From NCBI GenBank assembly GCA_963805975.1, contig CAWDVR010000001.1, positions 832,001 to 896,000 of the forward strand: a stretch of 64,000 nt of DNA. The letters are read 5' to 3'. This DNA is from an uncultured Acidobacteriota bacterium. Its GTDB lineage: Bacteria > Acidobacteriota > Thermoanaerobaculia > Multivoradales > SZUA-115. Below are positions 45,393 to 56,625 of this stretch, piece by piece. The notes beneath the pieces were generated by a model. The model saw only the letters and a list, made by a program, of their open reading frames with translations, was not told where the DNA came from and searched no databases. The translations under genes and the position numbers were made by a program. How positions within the stretch are numbered: the first letter of the stretch is position 1; each line of letters opens with the position of its first letter.

Positions 45393-47875
45393 GTCCCCGT
45401 CCCGGCCCCGGCCTGGGTGCCGGCCGCGGTCTCCGGTGGGGTGCCTGCCTCCGGTGGGATGCCCGACTCCGACCCCGGCTCCGGGCCCACGTCGAGCGGC
45501 AGCGGGGCTTCGGGCGGCATGTCCTCGGGCATCTTCTCGCGCGGCCGGCCCTGGTAGAAGGGCCGCTGCTGATACCAGGGCAGCGAGAGGACGTTGGCCC
45601 ACTCGCCGGAGACCTCGCCGCCCGGCTGAGTGCCGGGCAGGAACACGGCCGGGATGCCGCCCTTGGTGCCCGCGGCCACCTTGAGGCCGGAGCCGCGGTC
45701 GATCCACGCCGTGACCATGCCCTCGGGGGCCGTGAAGCGCGACTTCTCGGCGAGCCAGCCGGTCTCCAGGCCATCCACGGCCATGTCCCGCCAGATCGGT
45801 ACCGCCACCTTGTCGCCGGCCATGCCCCGGCCCATCGAGCGCGGCCGGTCATAGCCCACCCAGATGAGCATGGTGTAGCGCGTGGTGAAGCCGATGAACC
45901 AGGCGTTGCTGTAGTCGTTGGTGGTGCCGGTCTTGCCGGCGATGTCGAGCGGCAGGTCGTTCAGCGCTGCGGCCGTGCCGCGGTCCACCACGCCTTCGAG
46001 CATGTGCGAGAGCACGTAGGCCAGCTCCGGCGTGGTGGCCACCCGCGACTTGCCGCGGTGCTCGGCCAGCACCTCGCCCTCGGGCAGGCGGATCCGCTCG
46101 ACGAGGTACGGCTCGGTGTACCTGCCCTGGTTGGCGATCACGGCGTAGGCGGCGGCCATCTCGAGCGGCGACACGTCGGCGCTCCCCAGGGCGAGGCTCG
46201 GATAGGGCGGCAGGTCAGAGCGCACGCCACAACGGCGGGCGAACTCGATCACCTTGTCGGCTCCCACCAGGTCCAGGAGCTTGACCGCCGAAACGTTGTA
46301 GGACTGCTCGAGCGCCCGCGACAGGGTGGTGATGCCGTAGTAGGTGGGGTAGTAGTTGCTCGGGCTGTAGCTCAGCCGTCCGTCGGCGCCCTTGAAGTAG
46401 GCGGGAGCATCGAAGATGGTGTCGGCCGGGGTGAAGCCGTTCTCGAGCGCCGTGCCGTAGACGAACATCTTGAACGCCGAGCCCACCTGCCGCCGCGCCT
46501 GGGTGGCGCGGTTGAACTGGTTGCGGCCGAAGTCCCAGCCGCCGACCATGGCGCGCACCGCGCCGGTCGAGGACTCGAGCACGATCGCCGCGCCCTGGAG
46601 CTGCGGCTCCTGCTCGAGGATGAGGATCGGCGCGGCGCCCTCCTTGAGCGCGCCCACGCGGAACCACGCCACGTCGCCGCGCTTGAGGATACGCCCCGGC
46701 GCTCCCTTGCCCGTCCACTTCATGCCCTCGGGCGTCAGGGTGAAGAAGCGGTCCCCGGCGCGCACCGTGGCGGAAGCGCCGTCGCTCGCCATCACCAGGC
46801 CTTCGAACCAGGCGTCGGCGGTGGCGCGGCTGGCGCTCCAGGATTCGAGCTCCACCTTCTCGAGCTCGGCCGAGGCGATGACCTGGTGCGGCCCCCGCCA
46901 GCCCTTGCGGTGGTCGAGGCGCAAGAGCCCGGCGCGGAGCGCCTTCTCCGCCGACGCCTCGATGGCCGAGTCCATCGTGGTCTCGACCTGCAAGCCCTTT
47001 TCGAGCAGCGTCGCCGTGCCGTACGTGGTCTCGATGTTGCGCCGCACCTCCTCGGCGAAGTACGAGCCCACCTCGTCGCGGGCCCCGTGCTCGATCACGG
47101 TCAGCGGCTGCGACCTGGCGGTGGCGTGCTCGGCACGGCGCACGAAGCGCTCCTCGAGCATGCGGTCCAGCACGTGGTTGCGGCGTGCCACCACCGCCTC
47201 CGGCGCGTTGTAGGGCGAGAGCCGGCTGGGCCGCTGGTAGATCCCGGCCAGGGTGGCGGCCTCGGCCAGGGTCAGATCGGAGACCGACTTGCCGAAGTAG
47301 AACCGTGAGGCGGCCTCGACGCCGTACTGGCCGTGGCCGAGGTAGATCACGTTGAGGTAGAGGGCGAGGAGCTGGTCCTTGGTGAAGCTCTTCTCGAGCT
47401 CCACGGCGATGAACGCTTCCTCGACCTTGCGCCGCCAGAGCTTGCCGGGGTTGAGGAAGAAGAGCTGCCGCGCGAGCTGCATGGTGAGGGTGGAGGCACC
47501 CTCCGTCCGCCGGCCGCTGCGCAGGTTGGAGACCGCCGCGCGCACCACTCCCACCGCGTCGAGGCCGCCGTGCTGGTAGAAGTTGCGGTCCTCGACCGCG
47601 ATCAGCGCGTTGCGCATCAAAGCCGGGATCTCCTCCGGCTTGAGCACGATGCGGCGCTGCCGGGCGTAGGAGGCGAAGGAGCGGCCCTGGCGGTCGTAGA
47701 GCTGGGTGATGCGCGCCGGCGAGAAGCTCGCCAGGGTGTCGACGCGCGGCATGTGGATCGCCGCCGCCACCCCGACGCCGGTCGCGGCCCCGAGCCCCAT
47801 GGTGATGGCGGCGGGGATCAGGAAGCGCGCCAGGCGCCGGTACTTGAGCCGCGGGTCCGTCCAGCGCATTTGCAT
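45389..47875 (-). CDS. mrcA: Penicillin-binding protein 1A family
   Basis: EDRNFYQHGG, GASTLTMQL, RKVEE; SxxK (SAFK), SYN, GKTGT. Confidence 0.92.
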   Translation of the reverse strand: MQMRWTDPRLKYRRLARFLIPAAITMGLGAATGVGVAAAIHMPRVDTLASFSPARITQLYDRQGRSFASYARQRRIVLKPEEIPALMRNALIAVEDRNFYQHGGLDAVGVVRAAVSNLRSGRRTEGASTLTMQLARQLFFLNPGKLWRRKVEEAFIAVELEKSFTKDQLLALYLNVIYLGHGQYGVEAASRFYFGKSVSDLTLAEAATLAGIYQRPSRLSPYNAPEAVVARRNHVLDRMLEERFVRRAEHATARSQPLTVIEHGARDEVGSYFAEEVRRNIETTYGTATLLEKGLQVETTMDSAIEASAEKALRAGLLRLDHRKGWRGPHQVIASAELEKVELESWSASRATADAWFEGLVMASDGASATVRAGDRFFTLTPEGMKWTGKGAPGRILKRGDVAWFRVGALKEGAAPILILEQEPQLQGAAIVLESSTGAVRAMVGGWDFGRNQFNRATQARRQVGSAFKMFVYGTALENGFTPADTIFDAPAYFKGADGRLSYSPSNYYPTYYGITTLSRALEQSYNVSAVKLLDLVGADKVIEFARRCGVRSDLPPYPSLALGSADVSPLEMAAAYAVIANQGRYTEPYLVERIRLPEGEVLAEHRGKSRVATTPELAYVLSHMLEGVVDRGTAAALNDLPLDIAGKTGTTNDYSNAWFIGFTTRYTMLIWVGYDRPRSMGRGMAGDKVAVPIWRDMAVDGLETGWLAEKSRFTAPEGMVTAWIDRGSGLKVAAGTKGGIPAVFLPGTQPGGEVSGEWANVLSLPWYQQRPFYQGRPREKMPEDMPPEAPLPLDVGPEPGSESGIPPEAGTPPETAAGTQAGAGTGT

Positions 47876-47931
47876 GGCCGGATTATAGCCACGCCGGCTG
47901 CACCGGCTGCGGCTGTGATAGAAGGCGCCGC

Positions 47932-48615
47932 ATGAGCGAGCCGCCCGCCGGAGACCCCATGCCGAAGCCGCCGCCGATCCAGGACCCGCTTCCCGGCACG
48001 CCCTCGGCGCCCGAGCCGCCGCGGCGCGATCCGCCGAGCGAGCGCCTGCCGGGGGGTGAGCCGCCGCGGCAGGATCCGCCCCCGCGAGAGCCACCACAGG
48101 AGGACCCGCCGCCCGGTGGCGAGACACCGCCGCCGCCGCCCCCTTCGCTCCGCTCTCCCTTCCGGCCCGAGCTGGTGGCGAGCCCGGTGCAGCCGGGCTG
48201 CGGCAAGCCGCTCGCCATCGGCTGTGGCCTGCTCCTGCTGCTGCTGGTCGCCGGCATCGCGGTGCTGATGACCAAGCGCTTCGCGCTGCTGCGCTGGACG
48301 ATCGAGGCGATGCGGCCCGAGGTGGCGCGCCGGCTGCCGGCGGACGCCACCGAGGAGGACAAGAAGCGCCTAGACGCCGCCTTCACCGCCGCCGCGGCGC
48401 GGGCCGGCAGCGGCGACCTCGATCTCCTGGCGCTCCAGGGACTGCAGCGCGAGTTCGCGAGCCTCGCCCGCAGCGAGAAGCTGACCCGCGACCAGCTCCT
48501 GGGCTTCATCGCCAAGCTGGAGGCCGTGGGCTCCGGCGCCACAGAGGAGAGCCCGGCGCGCGATAGTACGGAGATCGACATCGGCCTCTCGGTCGAGGCC
48601 GTAGGCACGGCCTAG
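47932..48615 (+). CDS. Pro-rich single-pass membrane hypothetical protein
   Basis: Pro-rich N-terminus, GC...GCG TM segment, helical C-terminus. Confidence 0.65.
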   Translation: MSEPPAGDPMPKPPPIQDPLPGTPSAPEPPRRDPPSERLPGGEPPRQDPPPREPPQEDPPPGGETPPPPPPSLRSPFRPELVASPVQPGCGKPLAIGCGLLLLLLVAGIAVLMTKRFALLRWTIEAMRPEVARRLPADATEEDKKRLDAAFTAAAARAGSGDLDLLALQGLQREFASLARSEKLTRDQLLGFIAKLEAVGSGATEESPARDSTEIDIGLSVEAVGTA

Positions 48616-48680
48616 AGGGCGACCACGAGGGCCGCCCTGCCCGTAGGCCCCGCCGGCCGCCTCCGCTAGAATCGGTTTCT

Positions 48681-50672
<1,992 letters not shown>

Positions 50673-50676
50673 GGCG

Positions 50677-52497
50677 ATGCCGGCCGACCAGGTCACCTCC
50701 CGCATCCGCGAGCTGCCCGACCGGCCCGGCATCTACGTCTTCAAGGACGGCGCCGGCAAGGCGCTCTACGTCGGCAAGGCCAAGTCGCTCCGCAAGCGGG
50801 CGGCCAACTACCTGGCGCGCGAGCACGAGCCGCGGCTGGCCGCCATGCTCGAGGAGGCGGCCGATCTCGACTTCGTGCTCACCGACTCGGAGGCCGAGGC
50901 GCTGCTGCTCGAGAACAACTGGATCAAGCGCCGCCGGCCGCGCTACAACGTCCTGCTGCGCGACGACAAGACCTATCCTTACCTCAAGCTCACCGCCGAC
51001 CCCTGGCCGCGCCTCGGCTTCACCCGCCGCATTCGCGGCGACGGCGCCGAGTACTTCGGCCCCTACATCCCCGGCGGCGTCGCCCGCAAGGCGATCAAGG
51101 TGGTGCAGAAGCTGTTCGGCATCCGCGTCTGCCACCTGGAGATCGACGGCTCGCTGCCGCGGCCCTGCCTCTACCACGACATGCACCGCTGCCTCGGCCC
51201 CTGTGTCGCCGGCCTGACCTCGCGCGAGGAGTACGGCGAGGCCCTGGAGCAGGCGCGGCTCTTCCTCTCCGGGCGCAGCGAGCAGCTCACCCGCCGGCTG
51301 CGGCGCGAGATGACGGCGGCGGCCGAGGCCCTGGAGTTCGAGCGCGCCGCGCGCCTGCGCGACACGCTGGCCGAGGTCGAGGCCACCTCGCAGCGCCGCA
51401 AGCTCTCCTCGGTCGACGAGGAGGACGTGGACGTGTACGGCGTCCACGTGGCGGGCGGCCACGCCACGGTGATCGTGCTGGTGATGCGCGGCGGCCAGGT
51501 GCTCGACCGGCGCGAGCTGTTCTGGGAAGGCATGGGAGACGTGGCGGCCGACCGCCTGCTCTCCGAAGTGCTGCCGCAGATCTACGACCGCACCACGTTC
51601 ATTCCCAAGGAGATCCACCTGCCGCTGCCGATCGACGGCGAGGAGGCCCTGGTCGAGTGGCTGGGCGAGAAGAAGGGCGAGCGGGTCTACGTACGGCTGC
51701 CGGCCCGCGGCCTCAAGGCGGAGCGCATCGAGCTGGCGCGCCGCAACGCCGAGCTGGCGCACCGCCGCCGCTTCCGCGGCACGGCGGTCCACACTGCCGC
51801 GGTCGAGTCCCTGTGCCGTCACCTCGAGCTGGCGGAGCCGCCGCGGCGCATCGAGGGCTTCGACATCTCGAACTTCCAGGGCGCCCAGGTGGTGGCCTCG
51901 CTGGTGGTCTGGGAGGAGGGCAAGATGCGGCGCGGCGAGTACCGCAGCTTCAACATCACCGGCCTTCCCGGCCAGGACGACTTCGCCTCCATCCGCCAGG
52001 CCGTGCTGCGGCGCTACCGCCGGCGGCTGGAGGAGGTGGGCGCCATGCCGGACCTGGTGCTGATCGACGGCGGGCGCGGCCAGCTCAACGCGGCGCTCGC
52101 CGCGCTCGCCGAGCTGGGGGTGGAGGAGACGCCGATCGTCGGCCTGGCCAAGCGCGAGGAGGAGCTCCACCTGCCGGGGAGGCCGGAGCCGCTGGTCCTG
52201 CGGCGCAACGACCCCGGCCTCCAGGTGCTGCAGCAGGTCCGCGACGAGGCGCACCGCTTCGCCGTCTCCCACCACCGCCGCCGGCGCGACAAGGCGACGC
52301 TCACCAGCCGCCTCGACGAGCTCGCCGGCATCGGCCCCCGCCGGCGCCGTCTGCTGCTCACCCGCTTCGGCAGCCTCCAGGGCGTGGCCGAGGCGGACCT
52401 CGCGGCGCTCACGGCGGTGCTGGGTCCGCTGATGGGAGCGAAGGTCCACTCGCAGCTCCATCCCGCGGACATACCCGCGACCGATCCGCTAGGATAG
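50677..52497 (+). CDS. uvrC: Excinuclease ABC subunit C
   Basis: PGIY...YVGKAKSLRKR, DDKTYPYL, FDISN, IDGGRGQL, RDEAHRFA. Confidence 0.97.
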   Translation: MPADQVTSRIRELPDRPGIYVFKDGAGKALYVGKAKSLRKRAANYLAREHEPRLAAMLEEAADLDFVLTDSEAEALLLENNWIKRRRPRYNVLLRDDKTYPYLKLTADPWPRLGFTRRIRGDGAEYFGPYIPGGVARKAIKVVQKLFGIRVCHLEIDGSLPRPCLYHDMHRCLGPCVAGLTSREEYGEALEQARLFLSGRSEQLTRRLRREMTAAAEALEFERAARLRDTLAEVEATSQRRKLSSVDEEDVDVYGVHVAGGHATVIVLVMRGGQVLDRRELFWEGMGDVAADRLLSEVLPQIYDRTTFIPKEIHLPLPIDGEEALVEWLGEKKGERVYVRLPARGLKAERIELARRNAELAHRRRFRGTAVHTAAVESLCRHLELAEPPRRIEGFDISNFQGAQVVASLVVWEEGKMRRGEYRSFNITGLPGQDDFASIRQAVLRRYRRRLEEVGAMPDLVLIDGGRGQLNAALAALAELGVEETPIVGLAKREEELHLPGRPEPLVLRRNDPGLQVLQQVRDEAHRFAVSHHRRRRDKATLTSRLDELAGIGPRRRRLLLTRFGSLQGVAEADLAALTAVLGPLMGAKVHSQLHPADIPATDPLG

Positions 52498-52518
52498 AGG
52501 CACTTAAGCACTCCTGCC

Positions 52519-53985
52519 ATGGATCGCTTCTCCGGAGACCTCACCGATCAAGACGTCACGGGCGTCGTGCGCTCGCTGTTTCTCGAGCGGGCCACGGGCG
52601 TGCTCGAGGTGACGGTCGACAGCGGCAAGCGCCGCCTGTTCTTCGTCGACGGCGAGCTGCACCTGCCGCCCTCGAACCCCCTGGCCTTGCAGATCACGCA
52701 GCGCCTCCAGGCGGGCGCCAACCCCACCGAGATCGAAGAGCTGATGGGCCGCGTCGCCGCCGTGATCCTCGCCTGGCGCGAGGGTGCCTTCACCTTCGAT
52801 CCCGGCCGCGCCGCGGTACCTCCGGATGCCGTGGGCCCGCTGCCCACCGCGGCGCTGGTGATGTCGGCGGCGGTGCTCGCCCGCAGCGAGGAGGAGCTGG
52901 TGGAGCAGCTCGGTGGCGAGCGCGCCCGCTGGGCCGCACCGAGCTCGGGCGGCGACGGCACGGTCTCGCTGTCCGCGACCTGGGCGGCGAAAGTGCCCGC
53001 CTACCGCACGGCGCGGCTGTCGGCCGGCGAGCTGGTGCTGCGCGAGTCGCTCGCCGGCCCGGCGACCGTGGGCGACCTCCTGGGGGGCGCGAGCGACCGC
53101 CAGGGAATGCTCGTCAGCCTGGCGCGTCTGGCCGCGGTGGGCGCCATCGAGCGCAGCGAGCCGCGGGTGCGAGGCGAGACGCCGCTCGACTCCGAGGTGC
53201 TGCGCCACTTCGCCGAGCGGGTCGGCCGCGAGCTCCGGGAACGGCCGGTGGCGCTCGACGCGCCCTCCCATCGCGCGCGTCTGGCCGAGCTCCTGGGACG
53301 GCTCGGCGAGGTGAGCCACTACGAGCTCTTGGGCGTGACCGCGGACGCCACCACGGACCAGGTCCACGCCGCCTACGACGAGCTGGCACGGCTCGTTCAT
53401 CCCTCGCACGCCGCGCGGCTCGGGCACAAGGGCCGCGAGGAGGCGATCACCCTGCTGTTCGAGAAGGCCACCGAAGCCTATCTGGTGCTCTCCGACCCCG
53501 AGCGGCGGAATCGCTACAACCGCGAGAGCGGCATCTTCTGGACGCGGGCCGGCGTGGAGCCGACCGAGCTGCCGAAGCGCTCGCCCGAGGTGGCCGTCAA
53601 GCTCTTCACCCAGGCCCGCGACATGGTGCAGCGCGACGAGCTCCACTATGCCTACGAGCTGCTGCGCCAAGCGCTCCAGGTGGACCGCCGCCCCGAGTAC
53701 TACGCTCTCCTCGCCGAGGTGCAGCAGCGCAACCCGAACTGGCTGCAGCACGCCGTGGACAGCCTGCGCGAAGCGGTCAACCTGGCACCCGAGAACCTCG
53801 CCTACCGCCGCAGCCTGGGCGAGATCTACGAGCAGATGGGGGACCGCGGCCGGGCTCGCGCCGTCTACCGGAGCATCCTGATCCGCGCCCCCGGCGACGC
53901 CGAGGCCGTGGAGGCCATCGACCGGATCGACGGCAAGAAGAGCAAGCGCAAGGCGGGATTCTTCGGCCTGTTTGGCGGCGAGTGA
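52519..53985 (+). CDS. DUF4388-like + J-domain-like + TPR protein
   Basis: N-terminal TGVLEV..RLFFVDG; HYELLGV...LARLVHPS...EAYLVLSDPERR; C-terminal TPRs. HPD motif is HPS. Confidence 0.75.
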   Translation: MDRFSGDLTDQDVTGVVRSLFLERATGVLEVTVDSGKRRLFFVDGELHLPPSNPLALQITQRLQAGANPTEIEELMGRVAAVILAWREGAFTFDPGRAAVPPDAVGPLPTAALVMSAAVLARSEEELVEQLGGERARWAAPSSGGDGTVSLSATWAAKVPAYRTARLSAGELVLRESLAGPATVGDLLGGASDRQGMLVSLARLAAVGAIERSEPRVRGETPLDSEVLRHFAERVGRELRERPVALDAPSHRARLAELLGRLGEVSHYELLGVTADATTDQVHAAYDELARLVHPSHAARLGHKGREEAITLLFEKATEAYLVLSDPERRNRYNRESGIFWTRAGVEPTELPKRSPEVAVKLFTQARDMVQRDELHYAYELLRQALQVDRRPEYYALLAEVQQRNPNWLQHAVDSLREAVNLAPENLAYRRSLGEIYEQMGDRGRARAVYRSILIRAPGDAEAVEAIDRIDGKKSKRKAGFFGLFGGE

Positions 53986-54232
53986 GGAGGCCGCAGCCCA
54001 TGCTAGCCTGTCGTGGTACTCGAAGCACGGCATTCTTCCGCCGCGGTTTCGAAACGACATGCTGCACATCGCTCTCGCCACGGTGGCCAAAGTCGATGTG
54101 CTCGTCAGTTGGAACTTCAAGCACATCGTTCGCCTCGAGAAGATTCGGCTTTACAACACGGTGAACCTGGAGCTGGGCTATGCAGAGCTTCAGATCCGCT
54201 CTCCTCGGGAGGTGGCAACCGATGAAGAATGA
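53981..54232 (+). pseudogene. C-terminal remnant of PIN-domain (VapC-like) toxin
   Basis: DMLHIALAT...DVLVSWNFKHIV...IRSPREV; N-terminal DTS-containing half absent; lower GC. Confidence 0.7.
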
Positions 54233-54410
54233 AGCAGTGGCCGCCGTCGAGATGACGCGGAAGATTCGTGATGCAATGTACGAACAGACCAAGGGCCTGT
54301 CGGACAGCGAGCTGATCCAGTATTTTAGGGCTCGGGCGGCGCCGGCTAGGGAGTCGATCGAGCCGAAGGGCAGTGGAGAGAAGCGAAGTGACACTCTGCG
54401 CTCCATCTGA
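54222..54410 (+). CDS. Small putative antitoxin (62 aa)
   Basis: GGAGGT SD; MKNEAVAAVEMTRKIRDAMYEQTKGLS; overlaps the PIN remnant stop. Confidence 0.6.
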   Translation: MKNEAVAAVEMTRKIRDAMYEQTKGLSDSELIQYFRARAAPARESIEPKGSGEKRSDTLRSI

Positions 54411-54458
54411 ACTCGTCCCTGTCCAGCTTCCGATGGTTGGCACTCCGATTCTCGTGAG

Positions 54459-54486
54459 TTGCGTCTATCGCCCGACAGGCTACAAT
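54459..54486 (+). promoter_or_regulatory. rnpB promoter
   Basis: TTGCGT ... TACAAT, about 7 nt before the RNA 5' end. Confidence 0.55.
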
Positions 54487-54492
54487 CCTCCC

Positions 54493-54894
<402 letters not shown>

Positions 54895-54915
54895 GTTTTT
54901 CTTTTTCCCTGCCCC

Positions 54916-55818
54916 ATGCTCGCACCGGTCCCGCTCCCCCCTCCCGCTCGCCCCGGCGATCGGGTCGGCGTGGCGGCGCTCTCCGGGCCGGTGGACCCGG
55001 CGCGCCTGGCGGCGGGCCTCGAGGCTCTCGCGGCGCTCGGCTTCGAGCCCGTGCCGGCCGCGAACCTCGCTTCGCGCCGGGGCTATCTCGCCGGCGAGGA
55101 CGACGAGCGCCTGGCGGCCTTCCACGAGCTGGCGGCCGACCCGACCCTCAGCGCGATCTTCTTTGCCCGCGGCGGCTACGGGGTGCCGCGGCTCCTCGAT
55201 CGCATCGACTGGGAGCTGCTCGCTACTCGGCCGCGTGCCTACGTCGGCTACTCGGACCTGACACCGTTCCTGGGCGAGGTGGTGCGCCGGCTCGGCTGGG
55301 CGAGCTTCCACGGCCCGATGGTCGCCGCGGACCTGGCGCGGGGCCTCTCGCCCGCGGAGGAGAGCTCGCTGCTCGGCGCGCTGGCCGGAGAGCTGCCGGT
55401 GTCCTGTCCCATCGCCGGGGCGTTGGTTCCCGGGGCAGCGGAAGGGCCGCTCGCCGGCGGTTGCCTGAGCCTCCTCGCCGCCACGGCCGGCACCCGGTTC
55501 GCGCCCGACCTCGAAGGCGCCATCCTGCTGCTCGAGGACGTCAACGAGCGCCTCTACCGCATCGACCGCATGCTCACCCAGCTCCTCCAGGCCGGCCTGC
55601 TCGACGGCGTGGCCGGCGTGGCGCTCGGCCGCTTCGATCTGGCCCCGGGCGAAGACGCCGCCGCGCTTCCGGGACTCTTCTACGACCGGCTCGGCGTGCT
55701 CGGCGTGCCGGTGGTGCATGGCATTCCCTGCGGCCACTCGGCGCCGAACCGGACGTTTCCGCTCGGCCTCGCGGCCCGGCTCGACGCCGGCTCGGGCCTG
55801 ACGCTTGGTATAAGCTAA
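54916..55818 (+). CDS. LD-carboxypeptidase (S66)
   Basis: YLAG.D.ER, ARGGYG, GYSDLT, HGPM, LEDVNE, GH. Confidence 0.92.
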   Translation: MLAPVPLPPPARPGDRVGVAALSGPVDPARLAAGLEALAALGFEPVPAANLASRRGYLAGEDDERLAAFHELAADPTLSAIFFARGGYGVPRLLDRIDWELLATRPRAYVGYSDLTPFLGEVVRRLGWASFHGPMVAADLARGLSPAEESSLLGALAGELPVSCPIAGALVPGAAEGPLAGGCLSLLAATAGTRFAPDLEGAILLLEDVNERLYRIDRMLTQLLQAGLLDGVAGVALGRFDLAPGEDAAALPGLFYDRLGVLGVPVVHGIPCGHSAPNRTFPLGLAARLDAGSGLTLGIS

Positions 55819-55824
55819 CTCCTC

Positions 55825-56625
55825 GTGAACAAGCCCGTCTTCAAGAGCACGGCCAAGAAGCCGCTGGGGGAGTACTCCGTCGAGATCAAGGCGGGGGATC
55901 ACGTCTTCCGCGAGGGCGATCTCGGCACCGAGATGTACATCATCCACGACGGCCGGGTCGGTATTTTCCAGCACGTCTCCGGCGACGACCACGAGCTCGC
56001 GGTGTTCGAGAAGGGCGACTTCTTCGGCGAGATGTCGCTGCTCGAGGATCTGCCGCGGACCGCTTCCGCGCAGGCGCTGACCGACGTCAAGCTGCTGCAG
56101 ATCAACGGCGCCACCTTTTCGCAGATGCTCCGCGACCACCCGGAGATCGCCATCCGCATGATGCGCAAGCTGTCGCGCCGGCTGCGCGAGACCGACCGCC
56201 TGCTGCGCGAGGCCCTGGTCGAGTCCGGTGCCCAGCAGCCGCCCGCGAGCGACGTGCCCCTGCCGGACAGTAGCGGCCGGCCGGGGGAGCGCGAGAGCTT
56301 CGCGCCCGAGCGGCTGGTGCACATCAAGTCGGGCATGGAGTTCCACTTCTCGCAGGGCTCGGAGACCTCGATCGGCCGCAAGGACCCGGTGACCGGCATC
56401 TACCCCGACATCGACCTCACGCCGGTCGACAGCCAGCGCTCGATCAGCCGCCGCCACGCCAAGATCCATCGCCGCGGGTCCAAGTTCTTCCTCTCGGAAG
56501 AGATCGGCAGCATGAACGGCACCTATCGCAACGGGGAGAGGCTCGAGACCGGCGTGCCGGCCGAGATCAAGCCCGGCGACGAGGTGCGGCTGGGCATGGT
56601 GGTGACCACGTTCCAGCTCGCTTGA
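55825..56625 (+). CDS. Cyclic-nucleotide-binding + FHA domain protein
   Basis: FREGD, GDFFGEMSLL...PRTASA; IGR, ISRRHA, GSMNGT. Confidence 0.9.
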   Translation: MNKPVFKSTAKKPLGEYSVEIKAGDHVFREGDLGTEMYIIHDGRVGIFQHVSGDDHELAVFEKGDFFGEMSLLEDLPRTASAQALTDVKLLQINGATFSQMLRDHPEIAIRMMRKLSRRLRETDRLLREALVESGAQQPPASDVPLPDSSGRPGERESFAPERLVHIKSGMEFHFSQGSETSIGRKDPVTGIYPDIDLTPVDSQRSISRRHAKIHRRGSKFFLSEEIGSMNGTYRNGERLETGVPAEIKPGDEVRLGMVVTTFQLA

